Shown: positions 9,273-18,903, counted from the first letter of the stretch. The stretch is DNA of 64,000 nucleotides from an uncultured Rhodospirillaceae bacterium (GCA_964408805.1 CAYPAV010000016.1:23006-87005); one strand, 5' to 3'. The notes: generated from the letters alone by a model not told the origin. Numbers and translations are program-made.

Positions 9273-10163
9273 ATGACGAAGATCAACATTCAATTCACGT
9301 TGTTCTCAGCATTCTATTCGCCGCTTATTTCTACCATGTCCGGCGGATTTCTTGCGGCGGAAGGACTCGATCCGGAATGGTCTATCTCGCCGCCCGGCGT
9401 CTCAGCACTAGCGGCGCTGGAGGATGGTTCGGCTCATGTCGTTCAATCCGCCTTGAGCCAAGGCTTCGGCCCATTATCGAGGGGAGAGACGCCGAGCACC
9501 GTGCATTTTGCGCAAGTCAATGAGATGGATGGGTTTTTCATAACTGCTCGCGAGCCCGACCCCGACTTCACGTGGGAGATGCTGGAAGGCTCCGATGCAG
9601 TGCTGTTCGGCGGCGGACAGCCCTTGGCCATGTTTAAATACGCTTGCCACAAGGCGGGGATCGATTACGACAAGATCAACGCCATCAACCCAGGCGGCGC
9701 CGCCGATATCGACAAGGCCTTTCGGAACGGCGAGGGGAAATATGTCCAGCAGCAGGGTCCCTTTCCCCAACAACTGGAAAGCGATGGGGTCGGCCATATC
9801 GTGGCTCAAGTCGGCCCGCAAATCGGGCCTTGCGGGTTTTCCAGTCTGGCGGCCACCCGGGATTGGCTGGCCAGCGATATGGCGGTCGCATTCATTCGAG
9901 CCTATGAGAATACTCGTACCTATATGAACGAGACCGCGCCCGCCGAAATTGCACGGGCCGAGAAACCGTATTTCCCCGATATCGACGAAGCGGTACTGGC
10001 CGACTGTATTGCGACTTACCAGCAACTCGGCTGCTGGACACCGCATGTGGAGATCACCGAGGCCGCCTTCCAGGCAACCCAGGATATTTACGAATACAAC
10101 GGCTTTATCACGGAGCGCTACGCTTACGACCAAGTCTGCGCCCGCCCGCCTGTTGTCAACTGA
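9273..10163 (+). CDS. SsuA/NMT1/THI5-like periplasmic-binding-fold protein without signal peptide
   Basis: FYSPL..GGFLAAEGLD N-terminal pattern and QP.AMFKY.CHKAGID segment typical of the NMT1/SsuA-type fold. No hydrophobic leader. Confidence 0.7.
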   Translation: MTKINIQFTLFSAFYSPLISTMSGGFLAAEGLDPEWSISPPGVSALAALEDGSAHVVQSALSQGFGPLSRGETPSTVHFAQVNEMDGFFITAREPDPDFTWEMLEGSDAVLFGGGQPLAMFKYACHKAGIDYDKINAINPGGAADIDKAFRNGEGKYVQQQGPFPQQLESDGVGHIVAQVGPQIGPCGFSSLAATRDWLASDMAVAFIRAYENTRTYMNETAPAEIARAEKPYFPDIDEAVLADCIATYQQLGCWTPHVEITEAAFQATQDIYEYNGFITERYAYDQVCARPPVVN

Positions 10164-10220
10164 TTTGCGCGGCAGGGGTGACTCCCGCGCGCAACTCCGG
10201 ATGGATCGAGGACCCTTTTC

Positions 10221-10994
10221 ATGAGCTATGAGTGTTTCAAAATCGAGGTCGCCGACCAGGTAGCGGTGGTCACCATGGACCGCCCGCCCGTCAATGCGCA
10301 GAACCGTCGTTTCCGCGATGAGATCATTGCGATTTTCGACGAACTGAGTGAGCGCGACGACGTGCGCGCGGTAATCCTGACCGGCGCCGGCAAGGTCTTT
10401 TCAGCCGGGGCGGATATCAAGGAGCGCCGCGGGATCACCACCGAGGCCGGCTATTACCGCCAGCACAACCGCGTTACCCGCGAAAGTTTCTATGCCATTC
10501 TTGAATGCGAGAAACCGGTGATCGGAGCGATCAATGGCCCGGCCCTGGGCGCCGGGCTGGCACTTGTCGCGGTTTGCGACATTTTGGTCGCGTCCGAGTC
10601 AGCCGTCCTTGGCATGCCCGAGATCGATGTCGGCCTTATGGGTGGCGCCAAATACGTCAACATGCTGTTCCCGCGCTCGAAGGCGCGCCGGATGCTGCTG
10701 ACCGGCCAGCGGGTCGACGGGCGGGATCTCTTCCGTTTGGGCGTTGTCGAGGCCTGCGTGGCGCCGGACGAACTGATCGATGCGGCGAAGGAGATCGCGG
10801 CCGAAATCGCTTCGAAGAGCCCGCTTGCCGTCAAGGTCACCAAAGAGACCCTCAACACGACCGACAATCTCGGCTTGAGAGACGGTTATCGCTATGAGCA
10901 GGACCTGACCGTGTCCATGTCCAAGACGGACGACGCCAAGGAGGCGCAAGCCGCCTTTGTCGAGAAACGCAAACCGAACTTTACCGGGACCTAG
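10221..10994 (+). CDS. Enoyl-CoA hydratase/isomerase family
   Basis: RPPVNA, FSAGADIKE, KPVIGAINGPALGAG and GMPEIDVG crotonase motifs. Confidence 0.92.
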   Translation: MSYECFKIEVADQVAVVTMDRPPVNAQNRRFRDEIIAIFDELSERDDVRAVILTGAGKVFSAGADIKERRGITTEAGYYRQHNRVTRESFYAILECEKPVIGAINGPALGAGLALVAVCDILVASESAVLGMPEIDVGLMGGAKYVNMLFPRSKARRMLLTGQRVDGRDLFRLGVVEACVAPDELIDAAKEIAAEIASKSPLAVKVTKETLNTTDNLGLRDGYRYEQDLTVSMSKTDDAKEAQAAFVEKRKPNFTGT

Positions 10995-11004
10995 AGCATG
11001 TCAT

Positions 11005-11121
11005 GATCGTATGGCATGGCGTGCGCAGGATGTAGGACTGGATCGCCAGGATGATCTTGTAGGTCCCGGGTTCGATGAAACGCGGCATCAGCCAGTCCAG
11101 ATTGGCCTCTATGACCTCCAT
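11005..11121 (-). pseudogene. Probable remnant of the N-terminal part of an MBL-fold hydrolase gene
   Basis: Manual translation gives MEVIEANLDWLMPRFIEPGTYKIILAIQSYILRTPCHTI. It resembles the pre-HxHxDH segment of MBL hydrolases but has no catalytic portion. Confidence 0.4.
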
Positions 11122-11145
11122 TTCCGCATCACCGCGATAATGCGG

Positions 11146-11161
11146 GGACACCATACTCATT
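11146..11161 (+). repeat. Left inverted repeat of RAYT element
   Basis: GGACACCATACTCATT. It matches the reverse complement of 11886..11901 at 14/16. Confidence 0.7.
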
Positions 11162-11199
11162 AATTTGACCTACCGCCGCCGCCCCCCTAACCTCCCCCC

Positions 11200-11865
11200 A
11201 TGGCTAGACTTCCGCGCGTGGTGGCGCCGGGGGTGCCGCATCATGTGACACAACGCGGCAACCGGGGCCAACAGACCTTCTTCGAGGCCGACGACTTTCG
11301 GCTCTATCTTGAGCTGATGGCGGAATGGTGCGCCGCGCGGGGAGTCGAAATCTGGGCCTATTGCCTGATGCCGAACCATGTCCATCTGATCGCGGTACCG
11401 GAGACCGAGGACGCCCTCCGCCGCGCGATCGGTGAGGCGCATCGGCGCTATACGCAGGCGGTGAACCGGCGGCAGGGCTGGACCGGTCATCTCTGGCAGG
11501 GGCGCTTCGCCTCCTTTGCCATGGACGAACCAAATTTGCTGACCGCCGCCCGCCATGTGGAGCTGAACCCGGTCCGGGCGCGATTGACGGTGGGGGCAGG
11601 GGATTACCGCTAGAGCAGTGCGGCGGCGCATCTCGAAGGGCGGAATGACGGGCTGGCGCGGGTCGGCCCGCTCTTGGAGCGGGCACCCAATTGGGCGGCC
11701 TTCCTGGCCGGCGGGCTTACCTCGGATGAAGGGGACACCATCCGCCGACACGCGCGCACGGGCCGGCCGGCGGGTGACGATGCCTTTCTCGCCGGACTGG
11801 AGGCGGCACTCGGCCGCCCCCTCCGCAAACGCAAACCCGGCCGCAAACGGAAAACCGCCGAGTGA
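11200..11865 (+). pseudogene. REP-associated/Y1 tyrosine transposase (RAYT-like), inactivated
   Basis: MARLPR..PHHVTQRGN, YCLMPNHVHLI (HUH) and WQGRF. In-frame TAG at 11611-11613 sits in YR*SSAAAH (normally W), and the same frame continues to 11865. The expected catalytic Tyr of Y.E.NPVRA is His (CAT, 11554-11556). Confidence 0.88.
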
Positions 11866-11885
11866 GGGCCGCGCGACGGCCTCGA

Positions 11886-11901
11886 AATAAATATGGTGTC
11901 C
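11886..11901 (-). repeat. Right inverted repeat of RAYT element
   Basis: AATAAATATGGTGTCC, 20 nt after the transposase stop. Confidence 0.7.
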
Positions 11902-11922
11902 ACTTATTAAAAATACCGCGTG

Positions 11923-13065
11923 CTAATCCGCCTTGAAGATGTCGTGGCGGCGCATGAAGTCGGGGGCGATGGCGCGGAGGCGGGTGTCGGAGACGCGGCC
12001 CGTCCGAGTCATGTAGGCGTAAGCGAAATCGTAGGGCGCGGCGGTCATCCGGTCGGCCATCGCCTCGTACCAGCGGGCACTTCGGAGCGAGGCCTCGGCG
12101 ATCTTCTCGGCGGGCGGGCGGCGCGCCGCCTCGAACCGTTCGAGCGCGCGGTCGAGCGCATTCTGGTCGTCGCGAAGCGCCCGCCGAAGCGCCCCATGGA
12201 GAGCCAGCGCGTCCTCCATCGCCAGGCGCGTGCCTGAACCGATCGAGAACTGGGCGGTGCGAACCGCATCCCCGATGAGCACGACCCGATCGCGCACCCA
12301 GCGAGCCGAGCGCACGAGATCGAATTGCCGCCACTCGGACTTGTTCGAGATCAGCGGATGGCTGTCGAGCTCGGCGGCGAAGACGGCTTCGCAATATTCC
12401 CGCGAGGCTACGTCCGTCATTGCCCCCAGGCCGGCGCGGCGGAAGGTGTCGGGATCGCATTCGACCAGGAAGGTGCTCATATTCGGCGTGTAACGATAGT
12501 GGTGCGCGCAAAAGACGCCGTCCGCGTTCCGCCGGAAGGTGAGGGTCAGGGTTTCGAACCGCCGGGTGGTCCCATACCAGATGAAGGGGTTCGGCAGTTT
12601 CTCGACCCGCCGGCCGAAATCCGTCACCGCCGCATCGCCGACCAGAGAATTGGCGCCGTCGGCGCCGACGACGAGATCATATTCCGACAGCGCCGCGAGA
12701 TCGTCGACCGGCCGTCGGTAGTGGAGTTCGGCACCCGCCGCCGCCGCGCGAGCCGCCAACAGGTTCAACAATTCGAGCCGGCCGATCGCGCCGAACCCAT
12801 TGCCGTCGATGGCGACCGGCGTCTCCTCGTGAACCACGGTGATGTCGGGCCAGGTCTCGAGATACGCGGCGAGCGCGGCATGAGTGTCGGGATCGTCGTC
12901 CCGCAGGAAATCAAGCGCGCGGTCGGAGAAGACGACACCGAAGCCGAACGTCGCGTCCGAGGGATTGCGCTCGAAGACCTCGATCGCGGTAAAGAGTCCG
13001 TCGCGGGCCAGCAGATAGGCGAGGTAAAGCCCGGCGGGGCCGCCGCCGACGATGGCGACCTTCAC
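11923..13065 (-). CDS. FAD-dependent monooxygenase (resembles the N-terminal module of salicylyl-CoA 5-hydroxylase/anthraniloyl-CoA monooxygenase)
   Basis: IVGGGPAGLY, TFGFGVVFS, VGADGANS and LIGDA..AQFSIGSGTRLAMEDA. Confidence 0.87.
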   Translation of the reverse strand: MKVAIVGGGPAGLYLAYLLARDGLFTAIEVFERNPSDATFGFGVVFSDRALDFLRDDDPDTHAALAAYLETWPDITVVHEETPVAIDGNGFGAIGRLELLNLLAARAAAAGAELHYRRPVDDLAALSEYDLVVGADGANSLVGDAAVTDFGRRVEKLPNPFIWYGTTRRFETLTLTFRRNADGVFCAHHYRYTPNMSTFLVECDPDTFRRAGLGAMTDVASREYCEAVFAAELDSHPLISNKSEWRQFDLVRSARWVRDRVVLIGDAVRTAQFSIGSGTRLAMEDALALHGALRRALRDDQNALDRALERFEAARRPPAEKIAEASLRSARWYEAMADRMTAAPYDFAYAYMTRTGRVSDTRLRAIAPDFMRRHDIFKAD

Positions 13066-13096
13066 GATTCGCGCTCCCGAACCGTACCGGCCCCGC

Positions 13097-13945
13097 TCAC
13101 GCCAGCAGCCAATCCCGCACCAATGCGACCTGGTCCGCCGCCATCAGGGCCGGCGCATGTCCGCAGCCTTCGATTTCCACGCATTCCGCCTTCGGCCCCC
13201 GCCGGGTCATCGCCTCGGCATCGGCCTTCAGCAACAAATCCGAGTTGACGCCCCGGAGCGCCAGCACCGAACACTGGATGGCGTCCCAAAAGGCCCACAT
13301 ATCCGCATCCTCGATCGGTCCCGCCTTGAAATTGTCGGCGATGGCGGGATCGTAGCTGAGGGTAAATTTACCGTTGTCGAGGCGGCGGTGCCCGTGCCGG
13401 GCCATATGGCGCCACTGATCGTCGGTCAGGTCGCCGAAATCCGCATGCACCTCGCGGAGATAGGCCTCGAGAGCCTCCAGATCGTCGAATTCCCGGCGCG
13501 TGCCCACATAGCCGCCGATCCGCTCCAAGGCCGCCTTCGGAAGGAAGGGGCCGACATCGTTGACGATCAGGCGCCGGACCGGCGTCCCGGGCAAACCCGC
13601 CATCAGCATCCCCAGAATGCCCCCCATCGAGGTGCCGAGCCAATCGACCCGCGCCACGTTCAGCCTCGCCAGCAGGGTCGCCAGGTCGCCGAGGTAGCCG
13701 GGGTTGTTGTAATGTTTACCGTCGGCCAGCCAATCGCTTCGCCCCCTTCCCGCGATATCGGGACAAATCACCCGGTAGCGATCCTCGAGCGCGGCGGCGA
13801 GGGTGTCGAAGTCGCGGCCGTTCCGGGTCAGCCCGTGGACGCAGATCAAGACATTCGGATTGTCCGGCGCCCCCCAATCCGTATAGGCAATGCGGTGAAA
13901 TCCGGTCTTGCCGAGACATTGCACCGACCCTTCGGTCATGCCCAT
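13097..13945 (-). CDS. Alpha/beta hydrolase
   Basis: CVHGLTRNGRDF, DIAGRGRS, GTSMGG nucleophile elbow and GHAP. Confidence 0.9.
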   Translation of the reverse strand: MGMTEGSVQCLGKTGFHRIAYTDWGAPDNPNVLICVHGLTRNGRDFDTLAAALEDRYRVICPDIAGRGRSDWLADGKHYNNPGYLGDLATLLARLNVARVDWLGTSMGGILGMLMAGLPGTPVRRLIVNDVGPFLPKAALERIGGYVGTRREFDDLEALEAYLREVHADFGDLTDDQWRHMARHGHRRLDNGKFTLSYDPAIADNFKAGPIEDADMWAFWDAIQCSVLALRGVNSDLLLKADAEAMTRRGPKAECVEIEGCGHAPALMAADQVALVRDWLLA

Positions 13946-13997
13946 GTCGGTTTTCCCCCGTTGATCCGCCCAATTTTCAAACGGCGGTCATGTCCCC

Positions 13998-14633
13998 TCA
14001 AGACAACGCATCCCGCACCCGGCCGAAGACGTCATGGAACATCTCCGTCGTCAGCCGCCCGGTATTGGTGTTGTAGCGCGAGCAATGATAGCTGTCGACG
14101 AGCATCCGGCCCCGGGGTAGCTCGAAGTCGGCGCCATGGCCGAACTTATGCGCGCTCGCCTTCAGCCCATATGCCCGGAGCACCGAAGCATGCGCCACGG
14201 TACCGAGCGCCAGCACGACCTTCAATACCGTCATCGCCCCAAATTCCGCCACCAGGAACGGTCGGCAGGCGTTGAGTTCGGCGCCGACCGGCTTGTTTCC
14301 GGGCGGCACACAGCGCACCACATTGGTGATCCGGCAATCGCGCAAGAGGAGTCCGTCATCGGAACGCGCGTCATAGCGCCCCTCGGCGAAACCGAATGCG
14401 GCCAATGTCGGATAGAGGAGATCGCCCGCATAGTCCCCGGTGAACGGCCGGGCGGTACGGTTGGCCCCCTTCAGTCCCGGTGCCAGCCCGACGACCAGGA
14501 GACGCGCTGAAATAGGCCCGAAACTTTCGACCGGCGCGTTGTGAAATTCGGGATAGGCGGCCTGGTTCTCCCGCCGAAAGGCGGCGAGACGCGGGCAGAG
14601 ATCGCAGTCGACACGCGGCGCGTGCGGCGCCAT
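13998..14633 (-). CDS. Uracil-DNA glycosylase, family 5 (UdgB-like, Fe-S)
   Basis: CDLCPRL, VGLAPG..GANRT.RPFTGD, RCVPPGNKP and YHCSRYNTNT. Confidence 0.9.
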   Translation of the reverse strand: MAPHAPRVDCDLCPRLAAFRRENQAAYPEFHNAPVESFGPISARLLVVGLAPGLKGANRTARPFTGDYAGDLLYPTLAAFGFAEGRYDARSDDGLLLRDCRITNVVRCVPPGNKPVGAELNACRPFLVAEFGAMTVLKVVLALGTVAHASVLRAYGLKASAHKFGHGADFELPRGRMLVDSYHCSRYNTNTGRLTTEMFHDVFGRVRDALS

Positions 14634-14641
14634 GACTTCGA

Positions 14642-15259
14642 TCAGACCGTCTCAACGATCGGATCGTCGTCGTATTCTTCGTAGGTATCGTCGTTCGACG
14701 CCTCGTCATCGGCGGAGCGCGGCCGATGGGCGCGACTGATTTGGTCGGCTAGGTCCGACAACTCGATGAAATGGTCAGCCTGACGGCGCAATTCGTCGGC
14801 AACCATGGGGGGCGACGATTTGACCGTGCTAACAACACTCACCCTGACGCCCTTTTGCTGGACGGCCTCGACCAGGCGGCGGAAATCTCCATCGCCCGAG
14901 AGCAGCACGACGTGATCCAAATGCGGCGCCATCTCCAGCATGTCGATGGCGAGTTCGATATCCATGTCGCCCTTGATCTTGCGCCGGCCGTAGGAATCGG
15001 TGAATTCCTTGGTCGGCTTGGTGACCATCGTATAGCCGTTGTAGTCGAGCCAATCGACCAGTGGCCGTATGGGAGAATATTCCTGGTCCTCGATCAGGGC
15101 CGTATAGTAGAGCGCCCGAATGAGATTGCATTTGCCTCGGAACATCTCCAACAAACGTTTGTAATCTATATCGAAACCAAAGGCGCGCGCGGCTGCGTAC
15201 AAATTGGCGCCATCGACGAATAATGCGACTTTCTCGCCGTCTCTGAAATCCATGGACAT
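14642..15259 (-). CDS. NYN domain protein (LabA/DUF88)
   Basis: FVDGANLY, KGDMDIELAID and SGDGDF acidic PIN-like motifs. Confidence 0.92.
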   Translation of the reverse strand: MSMDFRDGEKVALFVDGANLYAAARAFGFDIDYKRLLEMFRGKCNLIRALYYTALIEDQEYSPIRPLVDWLDYNGYTMVTKPTKEFTDSYGRRKIKGDMDIELAIDMLEMAPHLDHVVLLSGDGDFRRLVEAVQQKGVRVSVVSTVKSSPPMVADELRRQADHFIELSDLADQISRAHRPRSADDEASNDDTYEEYDDDPIVETV

Positions 15260-15534
15260 TGAATATGACCTGCTTTCTTAACGTGAATATTTAAATAAGA
15301 GGGAAGTATCGCGAATAAAGACCCTGCCCTCTTCGGTCTCTCTCTAATAAATTAAGTTAGGAACCACTTCGCCAACCTGCAAGGCCGTCCGAAAATAAAA
15401 TTTCCGACTTAAACGAGGAAGTTCCGTAAATTCTTGTAACTCTATCGAAAAATAGTGAAAACGGTCTTGAAATCGGGGTGTCGTCTCTGATATTTACCCC
15501 TGCCTACTGATTTAACCATTTAGAGAGCCCGCCC

Positions 15535-15918
15535 ATGGCCCGCGTAACCGTCGAAGATTGCGTCGAGAGAGTGTCCAACCGGTTCGAACTCGTGATGTTG
15601 GCGGCCAAGCGCAGCCGCGAGGTTTCGGCGGGATCGCCGCTCACGGTCGAGCGTGACAATGACAAGAATCCAGTCGTGGCCCTGCGGGAGATTGCCGACG
15701 ATACGGTCAAGCTGGAGGATCTCCGCGAGGAACTCGTCCGGGGCCTGCAAAAGCATATCGAGGTGGACGAACCCGAGGAAAGCGATCTCATGGAAATGAT
15801 GACCGCAGCCTCGATGGCGGCGGACGCGAACGCCGATGCGCCGGGTCTGGCGGCGCCGATCGCCGACACAAAGAACGCCGAGGCGGACGGGAAAACTGAT
15901 CCGGAGTCGACCCCCTAA
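15535..15918 (+). CDS. rpoZ: RNA polymerase omega subunit
   Basis: [35 protein letters not shown], with the acidic alphaproteobacterial tail. Confidence 0.97.
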   Translation: MARVTVEDCVERVSNRFELVMLAAKRSREVSAGSPLTVERDNDKNPVVALREIADDTVKLEDLREELVRGLQKHIEVDEPEESDLMEMMTAASMAADANADAPGLAAPIADTKNAEADGKTDPESTP

Positions 15919-15954
15919 GGTGACAGCTCCCTCATGCCGAGAGGATAATGCGGC

Positions 15955-18102
15955 ATGATGCGTCAATTCCAACTCGTCGAGAGAGTCCGGAGCTACGATT
16001 CCCACGCGGATGAGGAAGCCCTCAACCGTGCCTACGTATTTTCAATGAAAGCCCACGGCAGCCAGCAGCGTGCCTCGGGCGATCCCTACTTCTCACATCC
16101 CGTCGAAGTCGCCGGCATTCTCTCCGAAATGAAGCTCGACTCCGCGTCGATCGTAACCGGTCTGCTGCACGATACGGTCGAGGACACGGTCGCGACCCTG
16201 GAGGATATAGAGAAGCTCTTCGGCGAGGAGATTGCGCGCCTCGTCGATGGTGTCACCAAGCTCAGCCAGTTGGAACTGCAATCCGATCAGACCAAACAAG
16301 CGGAGAATTTTCGCAAGCTGTTGCTCGCCATGTCGGAGGATATCCGCGTCCTGCTGGTCAAGCTCGCGGACCGTCTGCACAATATGCGTACCCTCAAGCA
16401 CATTTCGAACTCGGAAAAGCGGGCCCGGATCGCGCGCGAGACGATGGACATCTATGCGCCCCTGGCGGAGCGCATCGGCATTCGCGACTGGAAGGACGAG
16501 CTCGAGGACATCGCCTTCGCCGAGCTCAATCTCGATGCCCGAAATTCGATCCTCAATCGGCTGGCCTTCCTCCGCGAGCGTGGCGGCGACCTGGTCGGCC
16601 GCGTCGTCGCCGAGCTGACCGAAACACTGCGGGCCGAGGGTATCGAAGCGAGGATAACCGGGCGCGAGAAACGGCCCTATTCGATCTGGCGCAAGATGCA
16701 ACGCCGCAATATCGGCTTCGAGCAGCTTTCCGACATCATGGCATTTCGCATCGTGGTCGACTCCACCGATCATTGCTACCGAGCACTTGGGGTCATCCAC
16801 GGCAAGTACCAGCTCGTGCCCGGCAGGTTCAAGGATTACATCTCGATCCCCAAACCTAACGGCTACGCGTCCATCCATAGCAGCGTGATCGGCCCCGAGA
16901 ACCAGCGTATCGAAGTGCAGATCCGCACCGACAACATGCATCGGGTCGCCGAACTCGGCGTCGCCGCTCATTGGCAGTACAAGCAAGGGGTCCCGCTGAC
17001 GGACGGCACGCAGTACCGATGGCTCCGCGAGTTGCTGGAGATCCTGGAGCATGCGACCGAGCCCGAGGAATTCCTCGAGCACACCAAGCTCGAGATGTTC
17101 GCCGATCAGGTGTTCTGCTTCTCGCCGAAGGGCGATCTTTATGCCCTTCCCGACGGCGCCACGCCGGTCGATTTCGCCTATGCCGTCCATACCGACATCG
17201 GCAACACTTGCGTCGGTGCCAAGATTAACGGCGGCATCATGCCGCTGCGGACTCGCTTGCAGAACGGCGACCAGGTGGAGATCACGACCTCGAAGGCGCA
17301 AACGCCGTCGCCGACATGGGAAAGTTTCGTCGTCACCGGCAAGGCGCGGGCTTGTATCCGACGCTTTGTCCGCAGCCAGCAGACCGAGCAATATCGGAGC
17401 CTCGGCCGCGAGATCGTCGACAAGGCGTTCTTCCAGACCGGCTACGAGCTGACTCGAAAGGCGATACGGGGTGTCCTCAAGAAATTGAATTTCAAGAGCG
17501 AGACAGGCCTCTACGCCGCGGTCGGCGAGGGACGCCTGACCGGCCGCGAGATCCTGGAAGCGGTCTATCCGGGCGCGAAGCGAGCCACTCGGCAAGAAAA
17601 CGTCGTCGCACTGGATGACGCGCGACCAAGCGCCAAGCGAGACAACGACCACGCGATTCCCATCAAGGGCCTCATTCCCGGTATGGCGGTGCATTTTGCC
17701 GGGTGCTGCCACCCAATCCCCGGCGACCGCATCGTCGGCATCGTCACCACGGGCAAGGGGGTGACGCTTCACACCATCGATTGCGACGCCCTGGAGAGTT
17801 TCCAGGAATCGCCCGAACGCTGGATCGACGTCGCCTGGGAAGAAGGTTCCCAAGGCGACTTCGAACATGTCGCGCGCATCCATGCGATCCTCGCCAACGT
17901 GCCGGGCAGCTTGGGCACGCTTTCGACCGTCATCGGCCGCGACGGCGGTAATATCTCCAACCTCAAGATCACCAACCGATCGTCCGATTTTTTCGAACTG
18001 CTTGTCGATATCGAGGTCGCGGATGTAAAACAGTTGACCAATATCATCGCCGCGCTCCGGGCGTCTTCGGTCATCCACGCCGTCGAGCGCCAGCGCGGCT
18101 AG
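15955..18102 (+). CDS. spoT: Bifunctional (p)ppGpp synthetase/hydrolase (Rsh)
   Basis: HD domain (LLHDTVEDT), KLADRLHNMRT, GREKRPYSI, EVQIRT, TGS, HFAGCCHP and C-terminal ACT domain. Confidence 0.96.
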   Translation: MMRQFQLVERVRSYDSHADEEALNRAYVFSMKAHGSQQRASGDPYFSHPVEVAGILSEMKLDSASIVTGLLHDTVEDTVATLEDIEKLFGEEIARLVDGVTKLSQLELQSDQTKQAENFRKLLLAMSEDIRVLLVKLADRLHNMRTLKHISNSEKRARIARETMDIYAPLAERIGIRDWKDELEDIAFAELNLDARNSILNRLAFLRERGGDLVGRVVAELTETLRAEGIEARITGREKRPYSIWRKMQRRNIGFEQLSDIMAFRIVVDSTDHCYRALGVIHGKYQLVPGRFKDYISIPKPNGYASIHSSVIGPENQRIEVQIRTDNMHRVAELGVAAHWQYKQGVPLTDGTQYRWLRELLEILEHATEPEEFLEHTKLEMFADQVFCFSPKGDLYALPDGATPVDFAYAVHTDIGNTCVGAKINGGIMPLRTRLQNGDQVEITTSKAQTPSPTWESFVVTGKARACIRRFVRSQQTEQYRSLGREIVDKAFFQTGYELTRKAIRGVLKKLNFKSETGLYAAVGEGRLTGREILEAVYPGAKRATRQENVVALDDARPSAKRDNDHAIPIKGLIPGMAVHFAGCCHPIPGDRIVGIVTTGKGVTLHTIDCDALESFQESPERWIDVAWEEGSQGDFEHVARIHAILANVPGSLGTLSTVIGRDGGNISNLKITNRSSDFFELLVDIEVADVKQLTNIIAALRASSVIHAVERQRG

Positions 18103-18140
18103 TGGATTTGTGCCACTTGTGACGAGGCCGGAGGCAGCGC

Positions 18141-18902
18141 GTGATGGAAAAGCGATATCTGAGACTGGGCGTAAACATCGACCATGTGGCGACGATTCGA
18201 AACGCGCGGGGCATCCGGCATCCGGATCCGGTTCGCGCCGCCGTCATGGCGGCGAAGGCGGGCGCCGACGGCATCACCGCGCATCTTCGCGAGGACCGTC
18301 GCCACATCGCCGACGAGGATATCGAACGCCTTACGAATGAGATCGATCTGCCGCTCAATCTGGAGATGGCGGCGACCGAGGAAATGTTGGAGATTGCCTT
18401 GCGGCATCGTCCGCACGCCGCCTGTATTGTCCCGGAGAAGCGCGAAGAACTGACGACCGAGGGTGGGCTGGATGCGATCGGCGGACATAATCACCTCTCG
18501 CCCCTAATCCGCCAATTGAACGAGGCCGGCATTCGCGTCTCGCTGTTCATCGACCCCGATCCGGCGCAACTCGACGCCGCCGTCTCGCTGCGGGCACCGG
18601 TGATTGAAATCCACACCGGATCCTATTGCGACGTGGAAGGCGCCAACCGGGCCCGGGAACTCGCCCGCATCTCGGCCGCCGCCGAGCATGCCGAGAAAAT
18701 CGGACTCGAATGCCACGCCGGACACGGCCTTTCCTTCGACACGGTCGGGCCGATCGCCGAGATCCAGACCATCGTCGAATTGAATATCGGTCATTTTCTG
18801 ATCGGCGAGGCGATATTCGGCGGACTGGACAGCAGCATCAAACGCATACGCGCCCTGATGGACCGCGCCCGCGCCGAGGTTCAAGGCGAGCAGAGCGCCT
18901 AA
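18141..18902 (+). CDS. pdxJ: Pyridoxine 5'-phosphate synthase
   Basis: [28 protein letters not shown] and ELNIGH. Confidence 0.97.
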   Translation: MMEKRYLRLGVNIDHVATIRNARGIRHPDPVRAAVMAAKAGADGITAHLREDRRHIADEDIERLTNEIDLPLNLEMAATEEMLEIALRHRPHAACIVPEKREELTTEGGLDAIGGHNHLSPLIRQLNEAGIRVSLFIDPDPAQLDAAVSLRAPVIEIHTGSYCDVEGANRARELARISAAAEHAEKIGLECHAGHGLSFDTVGPIAEIQTIVELNIGHFLIGEAIFGGLDSSIKRIRALMDRARAEVQGEQSA

Positions 18903-18903
18903 C

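Noticed and set aside
16093-18078. 661-aa antisense ORF over spoT
   Set aside because: Stop-poor reverse frame caused by high-GC codon bias; no motifs.
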